Source: a virus
Length of the DNA: 64,000 nucleotides
Direction: 5' to 3' (one strand)
IMG/VR virus record: IMGVR_UViG_3300048907_000336
A program made the translations under genes and the position numbers. The notes below the pieces were generated by a model. It made no database searches. It worked only from the letters and a program-made list of their open reading frames with translations, and was not told the DNA's origin. Shown one piece after another: positions 36,682 to 45,409 of this stretch (positions are counted from its first letter, which is position 1; each line of letters opens with the position of its first letter).

Positions 36682-36896
36682 GCTAAGCTCCTGTTCTCTA
36701 TGGAAGCGGTGCCCCTCGTGGTTGGTCTAGAACCACGAGGGGTGTTGGACCGTCGCCACTCATAACCTTCGACGGCGGTCTACCGGCGCGTGCTGACGAC
36801 CTTGAACGGGTACGTGCTATTTGACAGGGCCGCAGGTCGTCTTTCGGTGGCGAACCACGCGCAGTCCACACAGGGGTTGTCCCTGCCAAGACGGAG

Positions 36897-36927
36897 GCCG
36901 CTACTGTTGATCGCAGTAGCGGCTTTT
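36897..36927 (+). terminator. intrinsic terminator at the convergence of late and early genes
   Basis: 10 bp stem GCCGCTACTG/CAGTAGCGGC followed by TTTT. Confidence 0.6.
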
Positions 36928-36968
36928 CGTTGATATCGTCGCATTGTTGACAAAGGCTTACAAGTTTT

Positions 36969-37244
36969 TCAGTGTACGCTTCTGGATTTATCGCCGGTTT
37001 TATAGGTGTGTTTCTCGATTTCAATCAGCGCACCAATGAGCTGACCTGTAGCTTCCTTACCAAGCCGTTTCTGGTCTTCCGGCGGTGCCGAATTAATCAT
37101 GTCGAGTGCCAACTCAAGGAGTGCCCGTATCAGAACAGCATCCTTGTACGTTCCTTGCGGGATGTTGGCCTCGATTAGATCGCCGATCACGCAATGCGGG
37201 CAGAGATCAGACAAGTCGGTCATCAGCTTCTCCGGCAGCGCCAC
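36969..37244 (-). CDS. hypothetical protein
   Basis: GGAGG RBS; CPHC motif. Confidence 0.5.
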   Translation of the reverse strand: MALPEKLMTDLSDLCPHCVIGDLIEANIPQGTYKDAVLIRALLELALDMINSAPPEDQKRLGKEATGQLIGALIEIEKHTYKTGDKSRSVH

Positions 37245-37591
37245 GACCGGCCTCCATTGGTGTAGTAGCGACCCTTGCCTCGACAGATGTCGTAGGCATA
37301 GGAACGCCTAAATTTACGTTTGGTTTCTGTATATTCTCGAGCCGGTGCCGCTACCTGCACCGGCATCGGCTCCAGTTCCGGCGGCGCGGTGACGGTCAGC
37401 GGCACCACCGGCGCTTCCGGCGGCGCGCTCCAACGCTGCTCGATCTTCGCCGGAGCGGCGACGGCGAGCTTGTCGCCTTTGGTCACCCACACCGACACGG
37501 GTGGCGGTGGCGACCCGAACAAGTAAAGCAGCGACAGCAGGATCAGCATCGCTGCGATCACCCCCACCACTGCCGAAATCACGTTGGTCAT
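37223..37591 (-). CDS. N-terminally anchored membrane protein
   Basis: TM helix, TKGDKL, Pro-rich linker, C-terminal DICRGKG...GGRSWRCRR. Confidence 0.6.
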   Translation of the reverse strand: MTNVISAVVGVIAAMLILLSLLYLFGSPPPPVSVWVTKGDKLAVAAPAKIEQRWSAPPEAPVVPLTVTAPPELEPMPVQVAAPAREYTETKRKFRRSYAYDICRGKGRYYTNGGRSWRCRRS

Positions 37592-37797
37592 CAGGCATGT
37601 ACGGGGCTCACGCCGCCGTGCTCCCATTTGTGGGTGGGGCTGCCGTCGGCCAGCACCACCCGGGTCTGCCGCACCAGGGTCCAGCGGCGCGCGAGGTCGT
37701 CCACGTACGCCGCCGCTTCCTCTGCCGTGGCGAACGATAGCTGGTTGCTGACCCACTTACCGCTGTTGTCGGCGATGACTTCGGCCTTATACGCCAC
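37591..37797 (-). CDS. hypothetical phage protein
   Basis: YKAEVIADNSGKW..FATAEEA..RWTLV; GTG start with GAGGAAG RBS. Confidence 0.55.
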   Translation of the reverse strand: MAYKAEVIADNSGKWVSNQLSFATAEEAAAYVDDLARRWTLVRQTRVVLADGSPTHKWEHGGVSPVHA

Positions 37798-38266
37798 TGG
37801 TTTCTTCCTCTGCTTTTTCGAACAACCGCCGCAACCGGGTTTCCCGGTCGACCTCGTGGATCTTGCCGGTTCTGCCAAGCTCGCTGAGCCGCTTTTCGGC
37901 ATCGACCCTGGCTACCCCACCCCCGTTTGGTTTTGGCTCATCCTGGGGCTCCGGTGAGGCCGTGGCGGCGATCTCCTGGGCGTCCGCCACCAGCATCCTG
38001 GCATAGCGGTCGATCTTCTCCTGCCAGCGGCCGACCAGCCGCGCCGCATTGCGGGCTTCGATCTCGGCCTTCATCGCCCGGTCGGTCAGGTCGTGAACCT
38101 GGATGCGCAGCCGGTCAGTCTCGTGGACCGCCAGGGTGATCTCCTCGTGCGCCTTGGCCAATTGCTCTTGCGCATGCTGCAATTCCTTGCGCAGCACGGC
38201 GTGCTCTTCCAACAGGTTCTGGTGCGCGTCGAGCGCCGCCGTGATCGGGCTGTGTCGGTCAGTCAT
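37787..38266 (-). CDS. coiled-coil protein
   Basis: Heptad pattern; GGAGG RBS upstream of internal ATG. Confidence 0.55.
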   Translation of the reverse strand: MTDRHSPITAALDAHQNLLEEHAVLRKELQHAQEQLAKAHEEITLAVHETDRLRIQVHDLTDRAMKAEIEARNAARLVGRWQEKIDRYARMLVADAQEIAATASPEPQDEPKPNGGGVARVDAEKRLSELGRTGKIHEVDRETRLRRLFEKAEEETSGV

Positions 38267-38286
38267 GTGGTTCAGCCTCCAGGGTT

Positions 38287-38574
38287 TCAGGCTGCCTTGC
38301 GGCGAACCACCCGTTTGAAGTTCAGCACCTTGCTGTCCTTGGTGAAGGTCATCTCGTAGCCAAGCGAGCGCGTCACCGCCATGATCGTGCAGTGCTGCGG
38401 CCGCTTGGTCTTGCCGGAGAACCATTGCCGCAAAGTGTTGGCGCTGACGCCGCTTTTGACATGAACATCTTTGTAGCTGACGTTCTCGTCGCTGATGATC
38501 GTACGCATCTTGTCGATGACGGGATCATGGTCTTTGAACGAATAGCTTAAGTACTGACTCATCGTCCTTGCCAT
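38287..38574 (-). CDS. XRE/Cro-type HTH regulator
   Basis: VHVKSGVSANTLRQWFSGKTKRP. Confidence 0.75.
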   Translation of the reverse strand: MARTMSQYLSYSFKDHDPVIDKMRTIISDENVSYKDVHVKSGVSANTLRQWFSGKTKRPQHCTIMAVTRSLGYEMTFTKDSKVLNFKRVVRRKAA

Positions 38575-38924
38575 CAGGTTGCCTCGCCTCTTGTTGTAAG
38601 CGCATATGTCCCAGCACTGACGCGCCTAATCAGTTTTTCTTTCTTCAAATTAAACAACACGCCGTACGGCTGCGTGACAAAGCCTGCTGCCCGCATAGCG
38701 ATTTTCACGTCTTTTGACGTGACTGAGCCTTTGCTTTCGCGAAACAGCTTCAGCACCAGATCGCGAATAGTCGTCCCCGGCTCGTGTTTGCCATTGGGGC
38801 TGTCATCGTGGCCATTGAGCAGCGGCCGGGATTGCATGCCGATGCAGCCCGCTTGCTCCAAGCGGCGCATCACATCCCACAGATGCTTCTCGGGGCACAT
38901 AGCCTGGATTGCGAACATCTTCAT
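38574..38924 (-). CDS. putative winged-helix DNA-binding protein
   Basis: VTSKDVK...LFNLKKEKLIRRVSAGTY. Confidence 0.5.
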   Translation of the reverse strand: MKMFAIQAMCPEKHLWDVMRRLEQAGCIGMQSRPLLNGHDDSPNGKHEPGTTIRDLVLKLFRESKGSVTSKDVKIAMRAAGFVTQPYGVLFNLKKEKLIRRVSAGTYALTTRGEAT

Positions 38925-39187
38925 GAGAACAACGACGTGGTTGGCACTGCCGAATTCAAGGTCTTGGCCATGTTGCTGGCCTCCTTGCGATTGCGGTAAG
39001 GTCCTGATTCTTCCTTACCGTTCTTGACGTAGAAGCCCAGCACTCTCTCAGTGACGATCCACTGGCCGGTCGGCATGATGCGCTTGGCCGGTCGCGCCGC
39101 CGCCCACGGCTTCGGTGTTTTCTTTCGTCGCGATGTCGAAACTTTTTTCTTCTTTTTCGCGATGGCTACCCATTTACGTTTTTTCAT
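38921..39187 (-). CDS. Lys/Arg-rich hypothetical protein
   Basis: Overlaps both neighbouring genes. Confidence 0.45.
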   Translation of the reverse strand: MKKRKWVAIAKKKKKVSTSRRKKTPKPWAAARPAKRIMPTGQWIVTERVLGFYVKNGKEESGPYRNRKEASNMAKTLNSAVPTTSLFS

Positions 39188-39506
39188 AGTGCTTCAGTAT
39201 CCTGTCTACAACAGCTCCGATAATGCTGTCGGCTTCGCCACGACAATTGCGGGTGATGGCATTGGCAATGGTCTCCAACGGAGTGCCATGCTGCAGCGCC
39301 AACGATAGCAGGATCGCGCCGTCGCGGGTGATGGCGTCCATTTCGGTGCCGACCTGGGCTCCGCTGATGAACACTTCCTGAATTTGCCTGCGTCTGTCAA
39401 CATGGGCGTAACCGATGGTGACGCTGTAAGCACTACGGTGATTGCCGAAATGCAGCTCGAAAGTTTCATTCGGTCGGCGCTGCGGCAGGGTCAAACGGTC
39501 GGTCAT
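39174..39506 (-). CDS. stand-alone TSCPD-like domain (class II RNR C-terminal type)
   Basis: LPQRR...VTIGY...EVFI...GAILLSLALQHGTPLE. Confidence 0.65.
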   Translation of the reverse strand: MTDRLTLPQRRPNETFELHFGNHRSAYSVTIGYAHVDRRRQIQEVFISGAQVGTEMDAITRDGAILLSLALQHGTPLETIANAITRNCRGEADSIIGAVVDRILKHYEKT

Positions 39507-40015
39507 GACGGGCGACATTCTTTAAGCCAACGAAGCTGTTGCGCTTTGCTCATACGTTTTCTGGCAGCAATTGACACAGCTTTTTTAAAGTGTTTACTGC
39601 TGTCGCGCATCTTCTGTCGCGAAACTTCCGAGTGTTTTTTCCCGTAGAACGGGTTATCGGCACCCATACGCATTCGACTCAGTTTTACTTTCAGTTCGAG
39701 TGGCTGCTTGCGTCCTCGACATGCGCCGCCGTTGCCATGGTTGTGTCCATCAGGGTTGTTGTAGTTATTATCTGTGGCGTTTTGCGAAGCAGTTATACAC
39801 TCAACATTGGAGCGATGGTAATCTCCCATGTCACCTTTCCGTGCCATCACGAATTGATGACGCTTGCTGCCGCGTTTAGTAAGCCATTCCAAACCAAGAT
39901 GTTCCTCCCACCAAGCGACCCAATCTTCAAATGTAAAATGAAAAGCAATGCCACGTTTACGGCTCTCCATTCGTTGCCGACGAAAAGCATCAAATCTCTT
40001 ATCTTTGTAGGGCAT
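39503..40015 (-). CDS. HNH-like homing endonuclease with NUMOD3 motifs
   Basis: FTFEDWVAWW, MARKGDMGDY..SNV; NPFYGKKHSEVSRQKM; TAATG coupling to the helicase. Confidence 0.8.
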   Translation of the reverse strand: MPYKDKRFDAFRRQRMESRKRGIAFHFTFEDWVAWWEEHLGLEWLTKRGSKRHQFVMARKGDMGDYHRSNVECITASQNATDNNYNNPDGHNHGNGGACRGRKQPLELKVKLSRMRMGADNPFYGKKHSEVSRQKMRDSSKHFKKAVSIAARKRMSKAQQLRWLKECRPS

Positions 40016-41478
40016 TAAACAACCCATTTCTTATAGTCGTCGCCGGTGATGGCATCGCTCAGCGACATCTTGTTGCGCAGCGCGCCAAGCACTTTCTCTT
40101 CGACGGTGTCGAGGCAGACCAGATCGTAATACAGCACGCTGGTCTTCTTGCCGACCGCCTGGGCGCGCTCTTCGCTCTGGGCGCGGTGCTCGTAGTTGAA
40201 TGAGTTGGTGTAGTAGATCACCAGATCGGCGCTGTCCCAGGTACGGCCGCGTCCGCCCGATGCCGGAGTGGCAATCATGAAGCGACACTTTGGGTCATTC
40301 TTGAAGCGCGCTTCATCGGCCTCGCGGGTGTTGCGGTTGCCGCCCCAGAACCGGGCGCAGCAGCCGGGGCCGTAGGTCTTCTCCAGCACCGCCGCGATCT
40401 TCTTTACGTCGTGGTCGAACGTCGCCCAGATCACCGCCTTCTTGCCCACCCATTGCTCCAGAATGGCCAGCATTTCGGTGGTCTTGTTCTCGGGAATATC
40501 GACCGTGACGTCACCGTCGCTGGTGGTGTGACCGGCAACGATTTGCTGCAGCCGCAGCAGATGCGTCAGCACGTTCTGCGAGGTGACGTATTCCTGGTTG
40601 CCCAGCTTGGTGCGCGCGTATTCCTTCATCTCCAGATAGTTTTGTTTCTGCTTGGGCGTCAGCTCGACGTGGCGCACCATGTACTGCTTCTCCGGCAGGT
40701 CAGTGCAATCCTTCAGCAGCACCCGATACGAATGCTTGGCGATGGTGGCCTGCAGCTCGTCGAGCCGCTGGAAGCCCGACACGATCTCGATGATACGGCC
40801 GTTGCCGGTCTTGATCTGCCGGGTGATGGCGTAGCGATCCTGGAACGCCTTGAGGTCTTTGAATTCGGCAAAGATGCGCTTATCGAGAAAATTGAACTGG
40901 GTGTAGATGTCGAGCGGCGACTGCGGCGTCGGCAGTCCCGAGAGAATGCGGCGGCGCTTGCAGTGCGGGGCCGCTGCCAGACAGAACTTAGTGCGGTTGG
41001 CTTTGCCGCTCTTGATCACGGTGGATTCGTCGATCACCATCATGGTCGGCGCGGCCTTGATGAACCGCGCGCACAGCGCCTGGGCGAACTCGACCGTGGA
41101 CAGCGCCTCGATGTTCATCAGCAGGATCTTGGGGCCGCCCTGCTGCGGGATGCTGGCGAGCTTCTCGCGCGCCGCCGGGCCATCCTTGGAATCCCACAGT
41201 AAGAGCTTGACGCGCTTCGCCAGCTCGTCGCTGAGATGCTTCTCGGCATCGACCTTCCAGGTGCGGTAGACACCTGCCGGGGCGACGACGAGAAGATGCT
41301 GGATCTCGCCTTTGGCCTCCAGCTCGCCGAATTCGTCCAAAATGGTCTTGGTCTTGCCGGTGCGCATCTCCATGAAATAGGCGATGGCGGTGCGCTCGCG
41401 GCCTAGCTGAAGAGCAGACTCTTGATGTTTCCAGCGGGGGAGCTTCGGCGTGTACCCTTTGGCTCCAGCCAGTACCAG
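40015..41478 (-). CDS. SNF2-family helicase (start uncertain)
   Basis: MEMRTGKT, VIDES, LSGLPTP, QSEERAQAVG; no ATG near the expected N-terminus. Confidence 0.85.
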   Translation of the reverse strand: MVLAGAKGYTPKLPRWKHQESALQLGRERTAIAYFMEMRTGKTKTILDEFGELEAKGEIQHLLVVAPAGVYRTWKVDAEKHLSDELAKRVKLLLWDSKDGPAAREKLASIPQQGGPKILLMNIEALSTVEFAQALCARFIKAAPTMMVIDESTVIKSGKANRTKFCLAAAPHCKRRRILSGLPTPQSPLDIYTQFNFLDKRIFAEFKDLKAFQDRYAITRQIKTGNGRIIEIVSGFQRLDELQATIAKHSYRVLLKDCTDLPEKQYMVRHVELTPKQKQNYLEMKEYARTKLGNQEYVTSQNVLTHLLRLQQIVAGHTTSDGDVTVDIPENKTTEMLAILEQWVGKKAVIWATFDHDVKKIAAVLEKTYGPGCCARFWGGNRNTREADEARFKNDPKCRFMIATPASGGRGRTWDSADLVIYYTNSFNYEHRAQSEERAQAVGKKTSVLYYDLVCLDTVEEKVLGALRNKMSLSDAITGDDYKKWVV

Positions 41479-41729
41479 ACCTGCTCCCGGCGCACGCCCT
41501 CCCGGCACAGCTTGAACGGCTCGTCGTTGTCCGCGATCTTCTGCGCCAGCCTGATCATGATTGTGGACAGGATATTGCGCGGGTGCTTCACGTCCCATTC
41601 GGGATTGTGCTTCAACCGCACGAAAATCAGTTGTTTGAGGTTGACGCGGCCACCGTCCTGCGGGATGGCGGCGAACAGCTTGCGCTCCAGTTGATTGTAC
41701 TTGCGCAGCGGTTCGGTGCTCAGTTCCAT
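41403..41729 (-). CDS. putative winged-helix protein
   Basis: GGAG RBS 9 nt upstream; overlaps the helicase 5' end. Confidence 0.55.
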   Translation of the reverse strand: MELSTEPLRKYNQLERKLFAAIPQDGGRVNLKQLIFVRLKHNPEWDVKHPRNILSTIMIRLAQKIADNDEPFKLCREGVRREQVWYWLEPKGTRRSSPAGNIKSLLFS

Positions 41730-41753
41730 AGCTCATGACTCCAACATCCTTTT

Positions 41754-41770
41754 TGTCAACAATGTTGACA
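41754..41770. promoter_or_regulatory. 17 bp palindrome TGTCAACA-A-TGTTGACA
   Basis: Intergenic; contains TTGACA on both strands. Confidence 0.6.
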
Positions 41771-41791
41771 TAGTGCAGGACACGGGCGCTG

Positions 41792-42178
41792 TCAATGCTT
41801 CATCTTCGAAGGTGCGTCGTCGGTGTCCAGCAGGAACTGCAGCGACTCTTTGATCATGTCATCGAAGTCGGCGACTTTGATGCAATCGCGGCAGATACCC
41901 ACCACCATGCGGGTGTTGGGGTCGTCTAGCTCCGGCGTCAGCACGATCATGCCCAGCGGCTCGAACACATGCGGGTCGAACTTTATGCTGCGATTGGGAC
42001 AGCGCGGGTTCAGGCAGTGGCAGTCGTGATCGCCCTGGTCGATGTAGGCCGCCCAAGCCACCACCGCCTGCATCACGCACTTGGCGTTGCGGTTGCCGCG
42101 CCGGGCAGCGTCGTCGAACCGGCCGATATTATCCGGCGTGACCAGATAATAACTGCTGAGAATGGCTTGCTGGCTCAT
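41792..42178 (-). CDS. putative Zn-binding protein
   Basis: CHC..RC and CRDC; GGAGG RBS. Confidence 0.55.
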   Translation of the reverse strand: MSQQAILSSYYLVTPDNIGRFDDAARRGNRNAKCVMQAVVAWAAYIDQGDHDCHCLNPRCPNRSIKFDPHVFEPLGMIVLTPELDDPNTRMVVGICRDCIKVADFDDMIKESLQFLLDTDDAPSKMKH

Positions 42179-42402
42179 ATCCAGACCTCCACGATAGTAG
42201 CGTCGTCTCCGACTTGGCGCGGGGTGTAGATCAAGCCAAACGGCAGCAGGGCTCGCACTTCGGCCAGAGTGTCGGCGGTGTACATATCGTGAGTCGGGGT
42301 CACGCTGTGGGTGCCGACCTCGAACCGGCGTGCCACGAATTGGCCGGGATGGTCTACCGGGTTGTGGTAGATCGTCCACATGTGAAGCACGGGCTCGGTC
42401 AT
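42175..42402 (-). CDS. hypothetical phage protein
   Basis: WTIYHNPVDHPGQFVAR..ADTLAEVRALLP..DDATIVEVW. Confidence 0.6.
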   Translation of the reverse strand: MTEPVLHMWTIYHNPVDHPGQFVARRFEVGTHSVTPTHDMYTADTLAEVRALLPFGLIYTPRQVGDDATIVEVWI

Positions 42403-42722
42403 CAGACTTGATCGGGCTTGAGCTTCAGCCGCACCATCAGCGTCACCAGCTTGCCGATGGCAGTGGAGATCGGCACGTCTCCCGCCACCAGACGATGCCC
42501 GGTGCGCTGGCTCATGCCAAGCCACTGTCCGACATCCGACGGGGTTAACCCCAGCTTTTCGATGGCCAGGGCGAACTCGGCCGAATTCATCTTGCCGTCG
42601 AACCACGTCAGTTCGCTGCGGGTCATCGGCTCAAGCTGACGCGCGATGTCCTCGCGAACTTGCATCTTCAGGACCGGCGGCTTCTTGAAGCGCGGCCGTC
42701 CAGCTTCCTCGGTTTTATACAT
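42402..42722 (-). CDS. HTH DNA-binding protein
   Basis: EKLGLTPSDVGQWLGMSQRTGHRLVAG; GAGGAG RBS. Confidence 0.7.
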   Translation of the reverse strand: MYKTEEAGRPRFKKPPVLKMQVREDIARQLEPMTRSELTWFDGKMNSAEFALAIEKLGLTPSDVGQWLGMSQRTGHRLVAGDVPISTAIGKLVTLMVRLKLKPDQV

Positions 42723-42743
42723 GGCGCAATACTCCTCGCCTTT

Positions 42744-42772
42744 AACTTAAGACATGCTGTCTATTTTGTCAA
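42744..42772 (-). promoter_or_regulatory. sigma70-type promoter with a spacer palindrome
   Basis: TTGACA-N17-TAAGTT; AGAC-N5-GTCT within the spacer. Confidence 0.7.
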
Positions 42773-43317
42773 GAGAACAGCTTGCTGGGGTACTTCTGCT
42801 CGGCGTAGCGCAGGCGCGGGCCGCCGCTGTGCTTTTTATCCCAGATGAACCATGCGTGGTTGAGGCTGCCGCTGACGCCGTTGAACCAGCGAATGCGGTT
42901 GAGCAGGGTCAGCTTGATGGCAAAGTGCGGGCAGTCGGCAAACACCGCGCGCCGGGTCTTGCCGCTGTCGTAATCGACCGGCAGCAGCATGGCGATTCTG
43001 AGGTTGCAAACCTGCAGGGCGCGTCTGATGAACAGCAGCGCATCGCGACCGCCGATACCAAATGGCGGGTTGGTGACGATATTGCAGTTAGGCCAGCGAA
43101 ACCTGTCGGTCAGGAAATTATATTGGTTGGTGATGTCGTCACCGACAGCGTGGTAACCGTTGGCAATCAGCACGTTGAGGATCGCGCCGTCGCCGCAGGC
43201 CGGGTCGCAGACCCGGTGCTGAAAGCCGACGTGATCGAGCAGTGCTTGAGTGGCTTCCGGTGGCGTGGCGTAGAAGTCATTAGGCTTGCGTGGGTAGTCG
43301 GCACCGCGCTTGGTCAC
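42769..43317 (-). CDS. orphan DNA adenine methyltransferase
   Basis: DFYATP, DPACGDG (motif I), VTNPPF (motif IV). Confidence 0.85.
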   Translation of the reverse strand: MTKRGADYPRKPNDFYATPPEATQALLDHVGFQHRVCDPACGDGAILNVLIANGYHAVGDDITNQYNFLTDRFRWPNCNIVTNPPFGIGGRDALLFIRRALQVCNLRIAMLLPVDYDSGKTRRAVFADCPHFAIKLTLLNRIRWFNGVSGSLNHAWFIWDKKHSGGPRLRYAEQKYPSKLFS

Positions 43318-43327
43318 TTCATCCTCT

Positions 43328-43528
43328 TCACAGGTACTGCGCCTTTTCCTTCGCCGTCAGTTCGCGGATGTGCACGTTCATCCAAGCGTCGGCCTTGACC
43401 AACCCGCGCTTGGCGTCCTCTTGCAGTTGCTGCTGCCGCAGCATGGCGCGAGTGTCGGCCAGTTCGCGGGTCTCGAAATCTTCGTGGCAAATGCCATCTC
43501 CGCAGGGGAAGAGAACGCGATACTTCAC
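43328..43528 (-). CDS. hypothetical protein
   Basis: Coupled small ORF. Confidence 0.45.
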   Translation of the reverse strand: MKYRVLFPCGDGICHEDFETRELADTRAMLRQQQLQEDAKRGLVKADAWMNVHIRELTAKEKAQYL

Positions 43529-43713
43529 GGGTTCACTCGCTTATTATCAACAGGGTTATACCTGTCATCGAACAGGTAATCGTAGGGGTTTTGCACAGGG
43601 TTATCGACAGGTGTCTGCTGCATCGGTTTCGCAACCGTACGGCCAACGGCTTGGGTGTAGATAATCAGAAATATCCCCAGGTAAATAACAGTGAACCACA
43701 GTGCTGCAGTCAT
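43525..43713 (-). CDS. single-TM protein with PVDNP repeats
   Basis: N-terminal TM helix; tail encoded by DnaA-box-like repeats. Confidence 0.45.
   Translation of the reverse strand: MTAALWFTVIYLGIFLIIYTQAVGRTVAKPMQQTPVDNPVQNPYDYLFDDRYNPVDNKRVNP
43544..43609 (+). promoter_or_regulatory. DnaA-box-like cluster
   Basis: TTATCAACA (43544), TTTTGCACA (43589), TTATCGACA (43601), each followed by GG. Confidence 0.4.
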
Positions 43714-43970
43714 TGAACTTTCTTCTCTTTGTTCTTGCGGTCCCAATACCGCAAACAGGTGCCGACACCCGGGATCAGGTAGGCCATGTCGCTGCTCATG
43801 ATCAAAAGGCTCAAGGCTCCGAAGCCGACGCAAATTAAAAAACCCTGCCAGCCTGCGTAATAGGCGTAGTAGGCAGTGGTGGCGATCATGCCAAAGACGG
43901 CACCGTAAGCGATGAGATAGTCCCAGAACCACGGTTGCTCATCGAGCCAAACGAAAAATCGTCTGATCAT
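43710..43970 (-). CDS. two-TM membrane protein
   Basis: Two hydrophobic segments and a basic tail. Confidence 0.55.
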   Translation of the reverse strand: MIRRFFVWLDEQPWFWDYLIAYGAVFGMIATTAYYAYYAGWQGFLICVGFGALSLLIMSSDMAYLIPGVGTCLRYWDRKNKEKKVQ

Positions 43971-44152
43971 TTCCAAGGGTTCCCGGTTTTCTTGGCATCG
44001 TATGCTTTCAACTTACGCAGGATACGTGAGATCGCGCTGTAGTTAAGCCCGAAGCGTTCGCCGATAACTCGCAGCGAATACCCAGCGCGGTGCATTTTGA
44101 CGACCCGCGCCAATTGTTTTTCGGTCAGCTCTTCTTCAGCACGTGGCCCCAT
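43967..44152 (-). CDS. small HTH protein
   Basis: GYSLRVIGERFGLNYSAISRIL. Confidence 0.65.
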   Translation of the reverse strand: MGPRAEEELTEKQLARVVKMHRAGYSLRVIGERFGLNYSAISRILRKLKAYDAKKTGNPWK

Positions 44153-44227
44153 ACGCCTATATCTTCATCGTGGGAGCGCCCCTGCTACGGGGCTCGTTTC
44201 AGGGACGCTCCCGTCGATCAGCGCCGG

Positions 44228-44923
44228 TTAGGCACCGATAGCGTTAGCGGGGACAGAACCACCCGCACGGCGTTTCTGTTTCCACGCACCCCAGAGCGCG
44301 AGCCCGCCGAAGATCAACCCGGGCAAGCCAGCACCGGCAAGGGGTCCAGGCACCGCCGCTGCCGACGCCGACAGCGCGCCACCGAGATTGGCCGCACCGG
44401 CACCGGTGGTGACGATGTGGAAATCGACACTGGCGTTGAACGTCCCCGGCAAATTGAAGGCGTTCAAGCTGGAATCGTGGCCGCCGCTGACCGGCCCGGT
44501 GAACGTTGACGACGCGATGATCTGATTGTTGATATCGGTCGAAATCGTTGCGGTCCAGCCGCTCGACAACCCGGTGGCGTCGAAGCCACTGAGCAGAGCC
44601 GACAGCCCAGAGCCGGTCACGCCGATACCCAGCACCTGGAGGTCCAGGGTATGCGAGGTCGTGCTCTGCGACTGGATGTCGATAGTCTGGCCCTGAAGAA
44701 TCCCAGGAGCAGGCAGCGTGCCCTGGGTCGCCCCGGTAGCCAGGATGGTGAAGTCGCCGAACACCACCGGCCCCAACGTGGCCGACGACTGCCCGGTAGC
44801 GATAGTCTGAGTAGCACCGCCGTCTTCCGACGCGGTGAAGGTGATTGACGCCGCCCTCGCGGTGGCAATCGTTCCCACCACTGCCGCAACGGCGACAGCG
44901 GTGAGCAACAGTTTTTTATGCAT
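44228..44923 (-). CDS. secreted protein with a PEP-CTERM-like sorting signal (copy 1)
   Basis: Signal peptide ending ARA; S/T/G-rich, Cys-free body; VPGPLAGAGLPGLI + TM + KQKRR; GAGGAG RBS. Confidence 0.85.
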   Translation of the reverse strand: MHKKLLLTAVAVAAVVGTIATARAASITFTASEDGGATQTIATGQSSATLGPVVFGDFTILATGATQGTLPAPGILQGQTIDIQSQSTTSHTLDLQVLGIGVTGSGLSALLSGFDATGLSSGWTATISTDINNQIIASSTFTGPVSGGHDSSLNAFNLPGTFNASVDFHIVTTGAGAANLGGALSASAAAVPGPLAGAGLPGLIFGGLALWGAWKQKRRAGGSVPANAIGA

Positions 44924-45001
44924 GCATGCACTCCTCTGATCGAGCCCGGCACGGCCGTGCCGAACTATCAGTCAGGGTCGCCCCTAACCGATTCCGGTTT
45001 T

Positions 45002-45082
45002 TCATAGGCCCCTCAACGTCACGCCAACCATCACGACAACGGCCAGCACCAGCATCCAAATCAGCCAGCCGTTCCCTGACAT
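45002..45082 (-). CDS. 26 aa single-TM peptide (absent from the ORF track)
   Basis: MSGNGWLIWMLVLAVVVMVGVTLRGL*; starts 2 nt after the upstream stop. Confidence 0.4.
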   Translation of the reverse strand: MSGNGWLIWMLVLAVVVMVGVTLRGL

Positions 45083-45083
45083 G

Positions 45084-45395
45084 TCATTGCTTCAGCCGGG
45101 GGTCGTTGCCGTCCATGTGGCGCAGCTCGTGGCCGCTGGCGTCATACAGCGTACGCGCGCCGTCTTTATCGACCACCATCGACGCCAGCAGCGTGCCGTC
45201 GGTATCGCGAAAGTAGACGGTGTTGCCGGTCATCGTCGCGGTGCCGATCTTCTCATTGTTGAGATTGACCATCGGCACCGTCTTCGGCCCCGACGACGGC
45301 AGTGGCACGACTTGCGGGATTTGCAGCGGCTTGGCGGGATCTTGCTGCGCTGACGCAGCGGTAGTCAGAATTAGTAACAGAAGTAGAGTTCGCAT
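45084..45395 (-). CDS. secreted/periplasmic protein
   Basis: Signal peptide MRTLLLLLILTTAASA-Q; AAGGAG RBS. Confidence 0.65.
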   Translation of the reverse strand: MRTLLLLLILTTAASAQQDPAKPLQIPQVVPLPSSGPKTVPMVNLNNEKIGTATMTGNTVYFRDTDGTLLASMVVDKDGARTLYDASGHELRHMDGNDPRLKQ

Positions 45396-45409
45396 CTTAA
45401 GCTCCTTGT

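Noticed and set aside
41509-41736. N-terminal extension of the SNF2 helicase as called in the track
   Set aside because: It lies entirely over ORF 41403..41729, which has the better-spaced RBS, and reads as shadow sequence.
42769-43317. Restriction-modification system
   Set aside because: No adjacent restriction endonuclease; orphan methyltransferases are common in phages.
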